In this document: positions 9,858-22,242 of the stretch, piece by piece
How the letters are laid out: each line of letters starts with the position of its first letter
Position numbering within the stretch: the first letter of the stretch is position 1
DNA from: Bacillota bacterium
Lineage (GTDB): Bacteria > Bacillota > Sulfobacillia > DUMF01
Direction: 5' to 3'
Assembly: GCA_049718765.1 (NCBI GenBank)
Contig: JBNARI010000001.1
Location: 5,508-69,507, forward strand
Length of the DNA: 64,000 nt
The notes under the pieces: model-generated
The model's input: only the letters and a program-made list of their open reading frames with translations
Database searches by the model: none
What the model was told of the DNA's origin: nothing
Program-made: the position numbers and the translations under genes

Positions 9858-10918
9858 ACCCTGATCACCTGACCTCCAGCTGCCCGAAGTAACCTGTTCA
9901 TCACAGCCAATCCTACTCCCTCTTCAGGATAGCCTTCCGCAATCACCACGTCTACACCCATCCGGTCACACTCTCGCAGCTTAGCAAAAAGGTTTGCGGC
10001 AACCACGTCCAGCTGCCTTCGACTGCCCGCAACAAGCACACGGTATTCTGAGCGGTACTGGTGGGCGGTTTCCTCGGAAGCGAGGATGGCCACGCTCTTG
10101 CCTTCCCTGGAGAACTTATGAGCAAGCTCGAGCACCACTGCGGCTAGCCTGTCTGGTAATCCAGCCACAACAATCAGCTTTGCCTTGGGCGCGTAGTGCC
10201 TGTACTTCATGCCTGGAGATGGGGGAGGCCCACTCCCCAGCGCCGTTTCGTCCAGGGCTGCCCGGTGCAAGATCACCTTGTCTGAGCCAAGCGCCTGCTT
10301 GAGCTGCTCCAGGGTGACTCCACCAGGTCGCAACACCACCACGGGAGTGCCCCTAGCGTCTACCACTGTAGATTCCACACCCACGCCGGTTGGACCTGCA
10401 TCAAGGATTACGTCAACCTTTCCATCCAGGTCTTCCAGCACGTGGGAGGCTCTGGTTGGGCTTGGCCTGCCTGAAGCGTTGGCGCTTGGGGCTGCTATGG
10501 GCACGCCAGCCAGTTCTATGAGTTTGAGCGCCACCTTGTGGGCAGGCATGCGCAGCGCCACAGTGTCAAGGCCAGCGCAAACCTCGGGCGGAACAGCCTC
10601 AGACCTGGGCAACACCAGGGTGAGAGGCCCTGGCCAGAACCGTTCCATCAAGATTTGGGACACTGGGGTCACTTGGCTTACGAGACCTCGCACCTGGTCA
10701 TGGTGGGAAACGTGCACGATCACTGGGTTATCCAGGGGACGTCCCTTGGCGGCGAATATGGAGCGCACTGCAACCGGATCGAGGGCGTTTGCCCCAAGGC
10801 CGTACACAGTCTCGGTGGGAAATGCCACAAGGCCACCTCGCCTAATGACATTCGCGGCGGTGGCCAACACTGAAAGGTCTGGCTCTTGCGGGTTCACTTT
10901 TAGCACAAGCGTGTTCAA
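9854..10918 (-). CDS. tsaC: L-threonylcarbamoyladenylate synthase (Sua5/YwlC type)
   Basis: 354 aa. YrdC domain (FPTETVYGLGANA) plus a Sua5 C-terminal domain. Confidence 0.93.
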   Translation of the reverse strand: MNTLVLKVNPQEPDLSVLATAANVIRRGGLVAFPTETVYGLGANALDPVAVRSIFAAKGRPLDNPVIVHVSHHDQVRGLVSQVTPVSQILMERFWPGPLTLVLPRSEAVPPEVCAGLDTVALRMPAHKVALKLIELAGVPIAAPSANASGRPSPTRASHVLEDLDGKVDVILDAGPTGVGVESTVVDARGTPVVVLRPGGVTLEQLKQALGSDKVILHRAALDETALGSGPPPSPGMKYRHYAPKAKLIVVAGLPDRLAAVVLELAHKFSREGKSVAILASEETAHQYRSEYRVLVAGSRRQLDVVAANLFAKLRECDRMGVDVVIAEGYPEEGVGLAVMNRLLRAAGGQVIRV

Positions 10919-11886
10919 CTGTTGCCTGGTTGCCAGGGGCAGGGGCCAGGCTCTTCCCTCCTTCTGCGCTTTCGCCTTGAGGTTCTTGCCAATACCACCC
11001 TGTCCAAACCCGCCAGGTCCTTGCGCACCTCAATCCGCGAGAAGCAGCCCGCGGCCCCCAGGATGTCCACAACATCGCGGGCCTTTTCCGAGTCAACTTC
11101 CACTGCCAGCATACCTCCTGGTCTCAAGAGCTGAGGGGCCTGGCTGGCCAGGGTGCGGTAATAGCGGAGGCCGTCTGGACCGCCGTTCAACGCCAGTTCA
11201 GGCTCATAGAGCCTGACTTCTTCGGGCAGCTGGCTAAGGTGAGGTTCCGGTACGTAAGGAGGGTTGCATACCACCACAACCACCTGGCGTTGCAGCCCCC
11301 GCTGCACTATGGGCTCTAGCATGTCCCCCCAAAGCAATTCCACTCTGTCCAGAACAGCGTGGCGCTGGGCGTTACGCTTTGCCACTTCCAGCGCTTCTTG
11401 GGACACGTCGCTGGCCACCACCTGACAGGATGGCAGGAACTTGGCAAGGGACACCGCAATGCAGCCACTGCCAGTGCAGGGTTCTGCCACCAGGGGCTGG
11501 GCTTCCTCACAACGGGAAAGGAATTCAATGACCCCTTCCACAAGGGTTTCCGTTTCGGGCCTGGGAATAAGCACCGCTGGGCTCACCTGGAAACTAAGGC
11601 CCATGAACTCCTGCTCCCCCAGGATGTATTGCACGGGCTCAAACTGCTCCCGGCGGGCAATGAACCCACGGTAGAGCTCCATGGCGGCGGGGGCCACGGA
11701 GCACCTGGGCTCTGCCAGCACCCGGTACCTGTCCCACCCCATGGCCTTGGCGAGCAACAGGGAACAGTCAGCGGCAGCGCTGGCGATTCCCCTTGCCTTC
11801 AGGCGAGATATGCCCATTTCAAGCGCTTCCCTGATGCTTGGCGTTTGCCAGCTCACCTTCTCTTGCTGTGGCCATGGCGGCCTCAA
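10915..11886 (-). CDS. prmC: Release-factor glutamine N5-methyltransferase
   Basis: NPPY motif (VVCNPPYVP). SAM site [10 protein letters not shown]. Start uncertain (11886 or GTG 11856); either overlaps the prfA 3' end. Confidence 0.9.
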   Translation of the reverse strand: MRPPWPQQEKVSWQTPSIREALEMGISRLKARGIASAAADCSLLLAKAMGWDRYRVLAEPRCSVAPAAMELYRGFIARREQFEPVQYILGEQEFMGLSFQVSPAVLIPRPETETLVEGVIEFLSRCEEAQPLVAEPCTGSGCIAVSLAKFLPSCQVVASDVSQEALEVAKRNAQRHAVLDRVELLWGDMLEPIVQRGLQRQVVVVVCNPPYVPEPHLSQLPEEVRLYEPELALNGGPDGLRYYRTLASQAPQLLRPGGMLAVEVDSEKARDVVDILGAAGCFSRIEVRKDLAGLDRVVLARTSRRKRRRREEPGPCPWQPGNS

Positions 11887-12913
11887 TCAAGGGGTCAATT
11901 TCGCCGTCGAGCACAGCCTCCAGGTTGTGCAGGGTAATTCCAAGCCGGTGGTCAGTTACCCGGTCCTGGGGAAAGTTGTACGTTCTGATCTTCTCGCTGC
12001 GCTCGCCGGTTCCAACCTGGGAGCGGCGGGCGTTGGCGATTTCCTGGTCCCTCTCCCTCTTCTTGAGCTCCATGAGCCTGGAGCGGAGCACCCGCATGGC
12101 CTTTTCCTTGTTCTTCAGCTGGGACTTTTCGTCCTGGCATGTTACCACCAGCCCCGTGGGGAGGTGGGTGATCCTCACCGCCGAGTAGGTGGTGTTCACG
12201 CTCTGGCCCCCATGCCCGCTGGAACAGTAAGTGTCTATGCGCAGCTCGTCGGGGTCTATTTGGATTTCCACTTCCTCCACTTCGGGCAGCACAGCCACTG
12301 TGGCAGTGGAAGTGTGAATGCGCCCGCTGGACTCGGTGACTGGAATGCGCTGCACCCTGTGCACTCCGCTTTCCATCTTGAGCCTGGAGTAAGCGCCCTT
12401 GCCTTCGATCAAGAAAACAATTTCCTTGAAGCCGCCAAGGTCTGTGGGGGTGCAGCTCATCACCTCGGTATGCCACCCCTGACGGTCCGCGTAACGCGCG
12501 TACATCCGGTACAGGTCGGCGGCAAACAGCGCCGCTTCTTCCCCGCCTGTGCCGGCCCTGATTTCCATGATCACGTTCTTCTCATCGTTGGGGTCCTTGG
12601 GCAATACCATGTCCCGCAGCTCGCCCAGAAGCTTTTCCCGCCTTTGCTCAAGCCTCTCCACTTCTGCGGCTGCTAGTTCCGCAAGCTCCGGCTCGTTGCC
12701 TGACTCCCGCTGAACTTCTTTGGCCTCTGCAATTTGCCTTTCGGTGGACTTGAGCTCGTTGTACAGCGCTACTACCTTTCCGAGCTGGGCGAACTCCCGT
12801 GTGGTCTGCTGGTACTTTTCTCTGTCCCCAATTACCGCTGGGTCCACCATCGCCTTTTCGAGCTCACGGTACCTTTGTTCCATTTGGGTGAGCAACCTCA
12901 GCAGCTCTTGCAT
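11819..12913 (-). CDS. prfA: Peptide chain release factor 1
   Basis: GGQ motif ([12 protein letters not shown]). RF1-type PVT tripeptide ([10 protein letters not shown]). 364 aa. Confidence 0.97.
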   Translation of the reverse strand: MQELLRLLTQMEQRYRELEKAMVDPAVIGDREKYQQTTREFAQLGKVVALYNELKSTERQIAEAKEVQRESGNEPELAELAAAEVERLEQRREKLLGELRDMVLPKDPNDEKNVIMEIRAGTGGEEAALFAADLYRMYARYADRQGWHTEVMSCTPTDLGGFKEIVFLIEGKGAYSRLKMESGVHRVQRIPVTESSGRIHTSTATVAVLPEVEEVEIQIDPDELRIDTYCSSGHGGQSVNTTYSAVRITHLPTGLVVTCQDEKSQLKNKEKAMRVLRSRLMELKKRERDQEIANARRSQVGTGERSEKIRTYNFPQDRVTDHRLGITLHNLEAVLDGEIDPLIEAAMATAREGELANAKHQGSA

Positions 12914-13794
12914 TTGGACCCACCTGCCTGATTTGACCCTTGATCGGGTACCTTCACCGCCTCCAGGGCTTGGAGTGCCACCATTAGCTGGAGGTCGTCA
13001 GGCTCCCTGGTGGTCAGCTTTTGAAGGAGCATCCCTGGCCAGCTGAGCAGTTTGACCAAGGGGTTATTGCTGTTTCCCGCAAGCCTTATCCCTTCATAGG
13101 AAACCCCTGCGATGAGGGGTAACAGGGCCAGCCTCATGGCAACCCGCATGACCAGGTTGGGCCAGCCAAACAGCGAGAATACCAGCACGCTGACGATCAC
13201 AGTGAACAGCAAGAAACTCGTGCCGCACCTCGGGTGCATTGTGCTAAAGTCCCGGGCGTTCTCTAGGGTGAGGGCCAAACCAGCCTCCTGGACATGAACC
13301 GCCTTGTGTTCGGCACCGTGGTATTCCAAAACCCTCTGGATGTCCTTCATGCGCGAGATAGCATACACGTAGACAAGCAGCACTGCCAGGCGCACAGCTC
13401 CCTCTAGCAAATTCATGGCCAGAGACCTGGTCCCCAAGAACCTCATGAGCAGGGACACAAGCAACGTGGGCAACACCATGAATAGCGCCAGTGCAACCAG
13501 GAAAGCCAGGACCACTGCTAGCATGCCTTCGCCCTTAGTCATTTCACCCATGGAAGTCACTTCGGCGGAATATAGCAGTGCCCTAACCCCCAGGACCAAG
13601 GATTCGTAAAGAGCCACAGCTCCCCTGACCACAGGAAGCCCGGCCAGCCTGAATCGGGCCGCCAGGGGAACGTGGTCCTCTACCTTGAGGTGCACCGAGC
13701 CATCTGGCATCCTAACTGCGACTGCAACCTTCGATGGCCCGCGCATCATCACGCCTTCAATGACTGCTTGCCCTCCGTACCGCACCTGAGACAT
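12898..13794 (-). CDS. DUF1385 family membrane protein
   Basis: [15 protein letters not shown]-terminus and HGAEHK motif. Conserved position between rpmE and prfA. Confidence 0.8.
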   Translation of the reverse strand: MSQVRYGGQAVIEGVMMRGPSKVAVAVRMPDGSVHLKVEDHVPLAARFRLAGLPVVRGAVALYESLVLGVRALLYSAEVTSMGEMTKGEGMLAVVLAFLVALALFMVLPTLLVSLLMRFLGTRSLAMNLLEGAVRLAVLLVYVYAISRMKDIQRVLEYHGAEHKAVHVQEAGLALTLENARDFSTMHPRCGTSFLLFTVIVSVLVFSLFGWPNLVMRVAMRLALLPLIAGVSYEGIRLAGNSNNPLVKLLSWPGMLLQKLTTREPDDLQLMVALQALEAVKVPDQGSNQAGGSKCKSC

Positions 13795-13814
13795 GGGTTC
13801 ACTCCCTAATTAAT

Positions 13815-13842
13815 GAAGAAAAAAGAAGAGCCCCCAGGGCTC
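13815..13842 (-). terminator. Rho-independent terminator after rpmE
   Basis: Minus strand reads GAGCCC-TGG-GGGCTC followed by TTCTTTTTTCTTC. Confidence 0.6.
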
Positions 13843-13858
13843 CCTTTCTTTAAACCAA

Positions 13859-14056
13859 CTAAAGCCCGTACTTCTTGCGGAACTTTTCCACCCTGCCTCC
13901 CGTGTCTATGATCTTCTGCACGCCAGTGGTGAGGGGGTGGCACTTGGAGCAAATGTCTACCCTTATATTCTTCTTGGTCGAGCCTACATGGTACACTGCG
14001 CCGCAGGCACAGGTTATGGTTGTCTTTTCCCACTTGGGATGGATGTTGGGCTTCAA
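13859..14056 (-). CDS. rpmE: 50S ribosomal protein L31 (Cys-containing zinc form)
   Basis: TTG start 7 nt after AAGGAGG gives (M)KPNIHPKW... CAC and CSKC cysteine pairs. 65 aa. The track ORF starts further upstream. Confidence 0.93.
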   Translation of the reverse strand: MKPNIHPKWEKTTITCACGAVYHVGSTKKNIRVDICSKCHPLTTGVQKIIDTGGRVEKFRKKYGL

Positions 14057-14084
14057 GTTAAGACCTCCTTGTCGTAACGTCAAG

Positions 14085-14113
14085 AGTATAGCACTTTTCT
14101 GGCGCAGCCACAA
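14085..14113 (-). promoter_or_regulatory. Putative sigma-A promoter of rpmE
   Basis: Minus strand: TTGTGG-N17-TATACT with TG at the extended -10 position (gTGcTATACT). Confidence 0.45.
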
Positions 14114-14148
14114 AGGGTTTGGAGATTGTGCCAGAAATCACAGATCGA

Positions 14149-14178
14149 TTGATTAGGGTGCATCCAGGGTTATATAAT
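14149..14178 (+). promoter_or_regulatory. Putative sigma-A promoter of the V-ATPase operon
   Basis: TTGATT (14149-14154), 18-nt spacer, TATAAT (14173-14178). About 58 nt upstream of the first ATPase gene. Confidence 0.5.
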
Positions 14179-14235
14179 AACAGCTAGGGCTAAAAGCAAC
14201 CAGATATTCCAGGGAGCAGAGGTGGTGAAAGGGTA

Positions 14236-14547
14236 GTGGCCGTGGACGTGCTTGGTCAGGTCAAGGCGGCAGAGGAAGAGGCAAAGAAGATCGTGGAAAC
14301 GGCCCAAAGAGAGGCTGCGGGATTGATCGAGGCCGCCAGGCTCAAAGCGGCCCAGTTGGTGGCTGAGGCTGAGGAAGTGGCCAGAGCTGAGGCTGAGCGA
14401 ATAGTTTCTGGTGCTGAAGAAGAGGCTGCAAGACAGGCTGCCGCTGCGCGCGAAGCCACGAAGCTGGAGAAGGAGAAGATTAAGGCTCGCGCCGAGGCAA
14501 GCCTGAAACGGGCTGCGCAGTTTATCGCGGAAAGGGCAGTGAGCTAA
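14236..14547 (+). CDS. A/V-type ATPase peripheral-stalk subunit G (H)-like protein
   Basis: 103 aa Ala/Glu/Lys-rich coiled coil. First gene of the operon and abuts subunit I, as in G-I-K-E-C-F-A-B-D operons. Confidence 0.6.
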   Translation: MAVDVLGQVKAAEEEAKKIVETAQREAAGLIEAARLKAAQLVAEAEEVARAEAERIVSGAEEEAARQAAAAREATKLEKEKIKARAEASLKRAAQFIAERAVS

Positions 14548-16512
14548 ATGGCAGTGGCAAAGATGAAGAAGGTGACCATCATTGGTCACAATTCTGTTAG
14601 GGAGCAGGTTGTGAGTGCCCTTCAGGAGTCCTCCGCGGTTCAAATAATCGACCTCCGTGCAAGCCTCCCGGAAGAAGCCAGCGACCTTGTCCCCCAGGAG
14701 AGGCTTACCGATGCCGAGCTGGAAACCAGGTTGTCCCAGGCCAACTATTGCCTGCGGTTCCTCGAGGAGCGGTACGGGAAGCCTGCGCGTGGGATGATCG
14801 AGAGCTTTACCGGTGCAAAGGTGCCCATAAGCCTCCAGGAGTACAAACGAACCGTGGAGAAGTTCGACCTTTCGGGCACATACCAGCGCTGCGCGGCCCT
14901 TGAAGCCAGGACAGCGGAGCTCAAGAACAAGGAAGCCAAGCTAGTCTCCCAGCTTGAGATGCTCTTGCCCTGGGTTGGGCTTGAGTGCGCTGTGGAGGAA
15001 CTTCCTTTCACTGGCGCGCGCAGCGAGGTATACCCGTGCTACTGTGGCCTGAGCGAGTTCGATCGCCTTTCCGAGGGTGCGGCGGGATTGCCCGTAGCCG
15101 TGCAGAGGGTTTCCGACGACGGCAAAAACGCCTATTTTCTTTTGGCCCTGGTCAAGGAGAGCACCGAAGCTTGGGAGCTACTGAGGACAGTGGACCTGAA
15201 CAAGGTGAGCTTCGCCGGGCTTCGGGGCAAAGCTGCTGAGCTGGTGGAGGACATCAAGGCGCAGATCCGTGCAGTGCGCAGGGAAATGGAGTCCATAGAT
15301 GAAGAGGGGCAAAGGCTCTTGGAGCTTAGACAGCAAATATGCACCCTTGTGGACCACTACTCGATGGCTGTTGCCAGACGGCAAGTCCAGGAAAACTTCC
15401 TTGGCACCCAACACGCTTTCATGTTGAGTGGCTGGATCAAAGCTTCCCAGGTTGAAGCACTGGCAGCCAAACTGGCGTGCATAGACAAGGCCATTGAGTT
15501 GTTTGCGGATGACCCCGCACCTGGGGAAAACGTGCCAGTAATACTTGAAAACAACAAGTGGCTTGAGCCCTTTGAGATCGTTACCAACATTTACGGGTTT
15601 CCAAACTACGGAGAGGTGGACCCAACGCCCCTTCTTGCACCGTTCTTTACGGTGTTCTTTGGGCTTGCGCTGAGCGACGCGGGCTACGGCATCTTGCTGC
15701 TTTTGCTTTCCCAGTACTTCTTGCGCTACGTTGACGTGGGCCCAGGCGGGCGGAAACTCTTCAAGCTGCTCACTTACTGCTCTGTGTCCACAATTGTGTT
15801 TGGGGCGCTCATGGGCAGCTGGTTTGGGAACTTGTTTGACGTGTTGCCTTTGTTCGCGCCAATGAAGCGGTTCAAGGACATGTTCTTCGTGGTTGACCCG
15901 ATCCAGGAACCCCTAAAGATGTTGGTGGTGTCCCTCGCGTTGGGCGTGGTGCAGATTTGGTTCGGGCTTTTGGTGAAGATGGTGATCGGCATCAGCTCGG
16001 GTTCCCCGAGGGACGCCCTGCTTGATCAGGGGGGCTGGCTAGTGCTGATTCCTTCCGTGGTGGCGTACGCTACAACCCAAGCTCCGGCTGCAAAGTACGC
16101 GTGTCTGGTGGGCGCGTTGTGGGTGGTCGTGGCCTCGAGCAGGGCTCAGAAGAACATCCTGCTCAAACCCTTCACTGGGCTCTACGGCCTGTACGGCGGC
16201 ATAGGCTATCTTAGCGACACCCTTTCTTACACCAGGCTGCTGGCGTTGGGCTTGGCCACCGCAGTGATAGGCAACGTTATCAACCAAATTGCTTTGCTGG
16301 GTAAAGGTATACCATTGGTGGGCTGGCTTTTCGTGGCCATTGTCCTGGTTGGGGGGCACACCTTCAACTTGCTCATCAACGTCCTAGGGAGCTTCATCCA
16401 CTCGGGACGTCTGCAGTTCGTGGAGTTCTTTACCAAGTTCTTTGAAGGCGGTGGCAAGGCCTTCCGTCCCTTCAGGCGGGAAACAAAGTACATCAGCATA
16501 AATCATGGTTGA
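14548..16512 (+). CDS. ntpI: V-type ATPase subunit I (a-subunit homologue)
   Basis: 654 aa. Soluble N-terminal half plus a polytopic C-terminal half with a conserved Arg region (LSYTRLLALGLA). Confidence 0.93.
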   Translation: MAVAKMKKVTIIGHNSVREQVVSALQESSAVQIIDLRASLPEEASDLVPQERLTDAELETRLSQANYCLRFLEERYGKPARGMIESFTGAKVPISLQEYKRTVEKFDLSGTYQRCAALEARTAELKNKEAKLVSQLEMLLPWVGLECAVEELPFTGARSEVYPCYCGLSEFDRLSEGAAGLPVAVQRVSDDGKNAYFLLALVKESTEAWELLRTVDLNKVSFAGLRGKAAELVEDIKAQIRAVRREMESIDEEGQRLLELRQQICTLVDHYSMAVARRQVQENFLGTQHAFMLSGWIKASQVEALAAKLACIDKAIELFADDPAPGENVPVILENNKWLEPFEIVTNIYGFPNYGEVDPTPLLAPFFTVFFGLALSDAGYGILLLLLSQYFLRYVDVGPGGRKLFKLLTYCSVSTIVFGALMGSWFGNLFDVLPLFAPMKRFKDMFFVVDPIQEPLKMLVVSLALGVVQIWFGLLVKMVIGISSGSPRDALLDQGGWLVLIPSVVAYATTQAPAAKYACLVGALWVVVASSRAQKNILLKPFTGLYGLYGGIGYLSDTLSYTRLLALGLATAVIGNVINQIALLGKGIPLVGWLFVAIVLVGGHTFNLLINVLGSFIHSGRLQFVEFFTKFFEGGGKAFRPFRRETKYISINHG

Positions 16513-17094
<582 letters not shown>

Positions 17095-17096
17095 CC

Positions 17097-17720
17097 ATGG
17101 CACTGCAGGATATAGTGGATCGGATAAGGTCGGACGCAGTGAGGGAGGCCGAGCAAATACGCAGCCAGGCCCAGGAACGGGCTGCGGAAATAGAGCGCAG
17201 TGCCAAAGAAGAGGCCCAGCGGCGTAGGGCTGCCATAATATCTTCCGCCCAAAGCCGTGCCGAGGAAATCAAGAGGCGTTCCGAGACGCTGTGGAACTTG
17301 GAAAGGCGGAAAGAACTCCTTGAGGCCAAGCAGGAGATGGTGGAAAAGGCCTTCGAGCTCGCCCGTCAGTCCATCATGGACATGGAGCAGTCCAGGTACT
17401 TTGAGCTGATGAAACGACTGGTGGTTTCCTGCGCCGGGTCCGGCGAAGGTGAGCTGGTGGTAAGCGCCCGGGACAGGCAGAGACTGGGAGACCAGTTCCT
17501 CAGGGAAGTGAATGCGCAACTTGCGTCTATGGGGAATCAGGGCGCTATCAAATTTGCGGCTGACACCAAGCAAATGTGCGGCGGGTTCATACTCCGGACG
17601 GGAAACGTGGAGCTGAACGCGTCCTTCGATGCCAAGCTCAGGGAGCTTAGGGATTCCCTCGAAGCTGAGGTTGCGCGCCTCCTGTTCGAGGAAGGTGCGC
17701 AGCAGGAGTTGAGACAATGA
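17097..17720 (+). CDS. ntpE: V-type ATPase subunit E
   Basis: 207 aa. Long charged N-terminal helix plus a globular C-terminus. Operon position fits. Confidence 0.85.
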   Translation: MALQDIVDRIRSDAVREAEQIRSQAQERAAEIERSAKEEAQRRRAAIISSAQSRAEEIKRRSETLWNLERRKELLEAKQEMVEKAFELARQSIMDMEQSRYFELMKRLVVSCAGSGEGELVVSARDRQRLGDQFLREVNAQLASMGNQGAIKFAADTKQMCGGFILRTGNVELNASFDAKLRELRDSLEAEVARLLFEEGAQQELRQ

Positions 17721-18754
17721 GCAGTGTTGCGCTCAGGGACGAGCACGAGTACATTTACGCTGTTGCCCGGATTAGGGTGCTTGAAACCAAGCTCCTGGAC
17801 AGGGCAACGCTGTTCAGGATGGTGGAGGCAGGGAGTGCCCAGGAGGCTTTTGGCGTACTTTCAGACACGGAGTACGCGCCCTTCATGCAGCAAGTGGAAG
17901 TGCATGACTTCGAAAAGGTGCTGTCCGCGCACCTCAAGTGGGTTTTCGGGCAGCTTTCAAAGTTCGTGCCCGATGGGTTTGCCCTGGACCTCCTTGGGAT
18001 GAAGATGGACTTCCACAACCTGAAGGTGCTGCTCAAGAGCAAGCTGTTTGGGGCTCCAGTGGAGCCAGAGGCGCTTTACGACTGGGGGACTCTGCCCCCA
18101 GAGCTGTTGAGAGTTGGGCTCGAACTCCTTTCAACGGGCGGTGACCCTGGAGAAGCTTGGCCCGAAAGCCTCACCAAGTGTGCCCGTGGGGTGCTAGGCC
18201 ACGAGGGCATAGCCGGGGCGCCCCAGCTCGTGGACTTCATAGTTGACAGGTGGTTCTACGAAACTCGCCTCGACGCTGCAAGGGCCAGCCGCCGCGAGCT
18301 ACTGGCGGCGTGGGCCCAGGCGTGCGCCGATGTGGCCAACATGAAGGTGAGCATAAGGGCAGCAGCGTCTGGGGTTGAGAGGAAGCTTGTGTCTGAGGCA
18401 CTGGTGCGCGGGGGCTCAGTTGAGGTGCCTAGGCTTGTGTGGGCCATTGGGGAGGGCCTCGACTCGGTGATATCCCTGTGGGCCAAGAGCCGCTACGCCG
18501 ATGCCGTGGTGGCACTTGCCAGAGACCGCTCGGACAAGGCGGCCTTCATGCTTGAGCTGGAGAAGTGGGCGGATAACTACCTCCTGGGCTTCATCCAGCG
18601 CGCCAGGTACCTCACCATGGGTCCAGAGCCAATTGTGGCGTACCTTTCGGCAAAGGAGTTCGAAGTGAAGAACTTGAGGATAATCCTGACGGGCAAGATC
18701 AACGGATTGCCTGCGCAGGTGATCCGGGAAAGGCTACGTGATGTGTATGCCTAA
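17717..18754 (+). CDS. ntpC: V-type ATPase subunit C (d-subunit homologue)
   Basis: 345 aa helical protein. ATGA overlap with subunit E. Operon position fits. Confidence 0.85.
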   Translation: MSSVALRDEHEYIYAVARIRVLETKLLDRATLFRMVEAGSAQEAFGVLSDTEYAPFMQQVEVHDFEKVLSAHLKWVFGQLSKFVPDGFALDLLGMKMDFHNLKVLLKSKLFGAPVEPEALYDWGTLPPELLRVGLELLSTGGDPGEAWPESLTKCARGVLGHEGIAGAPQLVDFIVDRWFYETRLDAARASRRELLAAWAQACADVANMKVSIRAAASGVERKLVSEALVRGGSVEVPRLVWAIGEGLDSVISLWAKSRYADAVVALARDRSDKAAFMLELEKWADNYLLGFIQRARYLTMGPEPIVAYLSAKEFEVKNLRIILTGKINGLPAQVIRERLRDVYA

Positions 18755-19088
18755 CGTTGCAGTAATTGGCAATCGCGATGCTGTCTTGGCTTTCAAGGCT
18801 GTGGGGTTTCTAACGTACGCTGCGGAAACTCCCGAAGAGGCGCTTTCTGCGGTGAAGGACGCCCGCAAGCGCAACTGCAGCGTGGTTTTCATTACAGAGC
18901 CTCTGGCCGTGGGCCTTGAGCCCCAGCTCAAGGAGTTCGGGGACAGGTACGGTCTGAGCGTTAGCGTGATACCAGACAACAGGCAAAAGCTTGGGCTTGG
19001 GTTCAAGAAGATGAAAGCACACGTAGAAAAGGCGATAGGGGTTGACATCCTATTCAAGGAAGAGGGACGAGACCATGAACCAAGGTAG
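18741..19088 (+). CDS. V-type ATPase subunit F
   Basis: [19 protein letters not shown]-terminus is typical of subunit F. Start is ambiguous (GTG 18738, ATG 18741 or ATG 18747). Confidence 0.85.
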   Translation: MCMPNVAVIGNRDAVLAFKAVGFLTYAAETPEEALSAVKDARKRNCSVVFITEPLAVGLEPQLKEFGDRYGLSVSVIPDNRQKLGLGFKKMKAHVEKAIGVDILFKEEGRDHEPR

Positions 19089-20826
19089 AATCATCAAAGT
19101 TTCCGGCCCTCTGGTAGTAGCTGAAGGAATGAAAGACGCAAAGATGTACGATGTGGTTCGAGTGGGCCACAGGAAACTCATAGGCGAAATCATAGAGCTT
19201 AAGGGCGACAGGGCTTCGATTCAGGTTTACGAGGAGACTTCGGGGCTTGGTCCCAACGAGCCGGTAGTGACCACCGGAGTGCCCCTCAGCGTGGAGCTGG
19301 GGCCGGGCTTGATCGGCGCGATATTCGACGGGATCCAGCGCCCCCTTGACACCATAAGCCGAATTGCTGGGGATTTCGTGACAAGGGGCATAGATGTGCC
19401 CGGACTGGACCACCAGAAGAAGTGGCAGTTCGAACCCACTGTGCGCGTTGGGGATCGGGTTGAGCCTGGTGACATCGTGGGCGTGGTCCAAGAGACCGTG
19501 CTTGTGAAGCACAAAGTGATGGTGCCCCCTGACTTCAAGCCAGGGGTGGTCAAGGAGATCCGCAAAGGCGAGTTCACCATCGACGAGACGGTGGCTGTGA
19601 TCGACGCTTCTGGCACCCTCCAGGAAGTGAAGATGCTACAGCGATGGCCTGTGAGACGGCCGAGGCCGGTGAAGGAGAAGCTGCCGCCCATTGCGCCAAT
19701 GGTCACCGGTCAGCGGGTCATAGACACCTTCTTCCCAATTGCTAAGGGGGGAACTGCCTGCGTGCCGGGGCCATTTGGGAGCGGAAAGACGGTCATCCAG
19801 CACCAGCTTGCCAAGTGGTCTGACGTGGACATAATCGTTTACATTGGCTGCGGTGAACGGGGCAACGAAATGACTGACGTGCTCATTGAGTTCCCCGAGC
19901 TGAGGGACCCGCGCACAGGCGAGCCCCTCATGGAGCGCACGGTGCTCGTAGCCAACACGTCCAACATGCCAGTGGCTGCCCGTGAGGCCTCGATTTACAC
20001 TGGAATAACCATTGCTGAATACTACAGAGATATGGGCTACGCAGTGGCGCTCATGGCTGACTCCACCTCAAGGTGGGCCGAGGCTCTCAGGGAAATGTCT
20101 GGGCGACTCGAGGAAATGCCTGGAGAAGAGGGCTACCCAGCTTACCTGGCTTCCAGGCTTGCCGAGTTTTACGAAAGGGCTGGTCGCGTGATTTGCCTGG
20201 GCTCGGACAGAAGGGAGGCCGCGCTGAGCGCAGTTGGCGCTGTGTCGCCTCCAGGGGGCGACCTTTCTGAGCCAGTCACCCAGTCTACCCTGAGGATCGT
20301 CAAGGTGTTCTGGGGACTTGACGACAGGTTGGCGGCAAGGAAGCACTTCCCCGCGATCAACTGGCTAATAAGCTACTCCCTTTACACAGACAGACTAGGG
20401 GATTACTTGCAAAAGGAAATTGGGCACGACTTCCCCGCGCTGCGGGACCGGGCAATGAGCATTCTCCAGCAAGAAGAAGAGTTGAGGGAAATAGTGCGCC
20501 TGGTGGGCATTGACGCTTTGTCGGTGCACCAGAGGCTGATCCTTGAGACGGCAAAGTCCATACGCGAGGACTTCCTGTACCAGAGCGCGTTCCACGAAAT
20601 AGACACGTACTGCTCCATGAAGAAGCAGTACAGGCTGCTCAGGTTGATCCTCCGCTTCCACGACCTTGCTCAAGGAGCACTAGAGGCTGGCGCAAGGCTA
20701 GACGAGGTCCTGGAGCTGCCCGTTAGGGAGCGAATAGCCAGGGCAAGGTTCATCCCAGAGGACAGCTTGGATACTTTCGACCAGATCGAGCGGGAGATTG
20801 CCCAACAAATGCCCAAAGAGGCCTGA
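19075..20826 (+). CDS. ntpA: V-type ATPase catalytic subunit A
   Basis: ATG 19075 lies 7 nt after GAAGAGGGA ([19 protein letters not shown]). Walker A GPFGSGKT. 583 aa. Confidence 0.97.
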   Translation: MNQGRIIKVSGPLVVAEGMKDAKMYDVVRVGHRKLIGEIIELKGDRASIQVYEETSGLGPNEPVVTTGVPLSVELGPGLIGAIFDGIQRPLDTISRIAGDFVTRGIDVPGLDHQKKWQFEPTVRVGDRVEPGDIVGVVQETVLVKHKVMVPPDFKPGVVKEIRKGEFTIDETVAVIDASGTLQEVKMLQRWPVRRPRPVKEKLPPIAPMVTGQRVIDTFFPIAKGGTACVPGPFGSGKTVIQHQLAKWSDVDIIVYIGCGERGNEMTDVLIEFPELRDPRTGEPLMERTVLVANTSNMPVAAREASIYTGITIAEYYRDMGYAVALMADSTSRWAEALREMSGRLEEMPGEEGYPAYLASRLAEFYERAGRVICLGSDRREAALSAVGAVSPPGGDLSEPVTQSTLRIVKVFWGLDDRLAARKHFPAINWLISYSLYTDRLGDYLQKEIGHDFPALRDRAMSILQQEEELREIVRLVGIDALSVHQRLILETAKSIREDFLYQSAFHEIDTYCSMKKQYRLLRLILRFHDLAQGALEAGARLDEVLELPVRERIARARFIPEDSLDTFDQIEREIAQQMPKEA

Positions 20827-20841
20827 GCGGAGGTGAGAGGT

Positions 20842-22242
20842 GTGCTTAAGGAGTACAGGACGATTTCAGAAGTGTCAGGCCCACTCATGTTCGTGGAAAA
20901 CGTGGACGAAGTCCACTACAACGAGCTTGTTGAAGTAGAACTGCCAGACGGCAGCGTCAGGCGGGGCCAGGTGCTCGAAGCCCACGCAGGCCGGGCGCTG
21001 GTGCAGCTGTTTGAAGGCACACGGGGCCTGGACGTGTTCCAGAGCAAGGTGAGGTTCCTTGGCAAAGTGATCGAGCTGCCAGTTTCCGTGGATATGCTAG
21101 GCAGGATTTTCGACGGTTTTGGACGGCCCATTGACGGGGGACCTCGGATAATACCTGAAACCCGGTTGGAGATCACGGGCAGCCCGATCAACCCGTATGC
21201 CAGGGCTTACCCGTCCGAGTTCATACAGACAGGGATTTCAGCAATCGACTGCATGAACCCGCTGGTGCGTGGCCAGAAGCTGCCCATATTCTCAGGGGCA
21301 GGGCTTCCCCACCCTCAGATTGCTGCGCAGATCGCCAGGCAAGCCCAGGTGAGGGGCAAGGGCGAGAAGTTCGCTGTGGTGTTTGCAGCAATGGGTGTCA
21401 CCTTTGAGGAGGCCGACTACTTCATCTCGGACTTCCGCAAGACTGGGGCAATCGAAAGGGCCGTGGTGTTCGTGAATTTGGCCAACGACCCTGTCATTGA
21501 GCGCATAGCCACCCCGCGCATGGCCCTAACCGTGGCTGAGTTCCTGGCTTTCCAGAAGGACATGCACGTGCTGGTAATCATGACAGACATGACCAACTAC
21601 TGTGAAGCGTTGCGTGAAGTCTCGGCTGCGCGCAAGGAAGTGCCTGGGCGGCGGGGTTACCCTGGCTACATGTACACTGACCTTGCCACCATATACGAGA
21701 GGGCAGGGCGGATAAAGGGCAAGAAGGGCTCGATAACCCAGATTCCAATACTAACCATGCCCGAGGACGACAAGACCCACCCAATTCCCGACCTGACCGG
21801 GTACATCACCGAGGGACAAATCGTGTTGAGCAGGGACTTGCACAAGAAGGGCATTTACCCCCCCATCAACGTCTCCCTATCCCTGTCGAGGCTGAAGGAC
21901 AAGGGAATCGGTCCTGGCAAGACCCGTGAAGACCACGCCGAGGTGCTCAACCAGTTGTCTGACGCCTACGATAGGGGCAAGGAGGCCAGGGAGCTTGCAG
22001 TGGTATTGGGCGAGGCGGCGCTCAGCGCTGCGGACAGGAAGTTCCTAAAGTTTGCCGACGAGTTCGAAGCCAGGTTCGTCAAACAGGGCGAACACGAAAA
22101 CCGCACCATAGAGCAAACCCTTGATATTGGTTGGGAGTTGCTGTCAATGCTGCCCAGGGCCGAGCTGAAGAGGATATCCGACAGGATGGCCGAGAAGTAT
22201 ATGCCCAGGAAAGCCCAGGAACCCGGGGAGGCTACAGCCTAA
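20842..22242 (+). CDS. ntpB: V-type ATPase subunit B
   Basis: GTG 20842 lies 8 nt after GGAGG ((M)[18 protein letters not shown]). 466 aa non-catalytic nucleotide-binding subunit. Confidence 0.97.
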   Translation: MLKEYRTISEVSGPLMFVENVDEVHYNELVEVELPDGSVRRGQVLEAHAGRALVQLFEGTRGLDVFQSKVRFLGKVIELPVSVDMLGRIFDGFGRPIDGGPRIIPETRLEITGSPINPYARAYPSEFIQTGISAIDCMNPLVRGQKLPIFSGAGLPHPQIAAQIARQAQVRGKGEKFAVVFAAMGVTFEEADYFISDFRKTGAIERAVVFVNLANDPVIERIATPRMALTVAEFLAFQKDMHVLVIMTDMTNYCEALREVSAARKEVPGRRGYPGYMYTDLATIYERAGRIKGKKGSITQIPILTMPEDDKTHPIPDLTGYITEGQIVLSRDLHKKGIYPPINVSLSLSRLKDKGIGPGKTREDHAEVLNQLSDAYDRGKEARELAVVLGEAALSAADRKFLKFADEFEARFVKQGEHENRTIEQTLDIGWELLSMLPRAELKRISDRMAEKYMPRKAQEPGEATA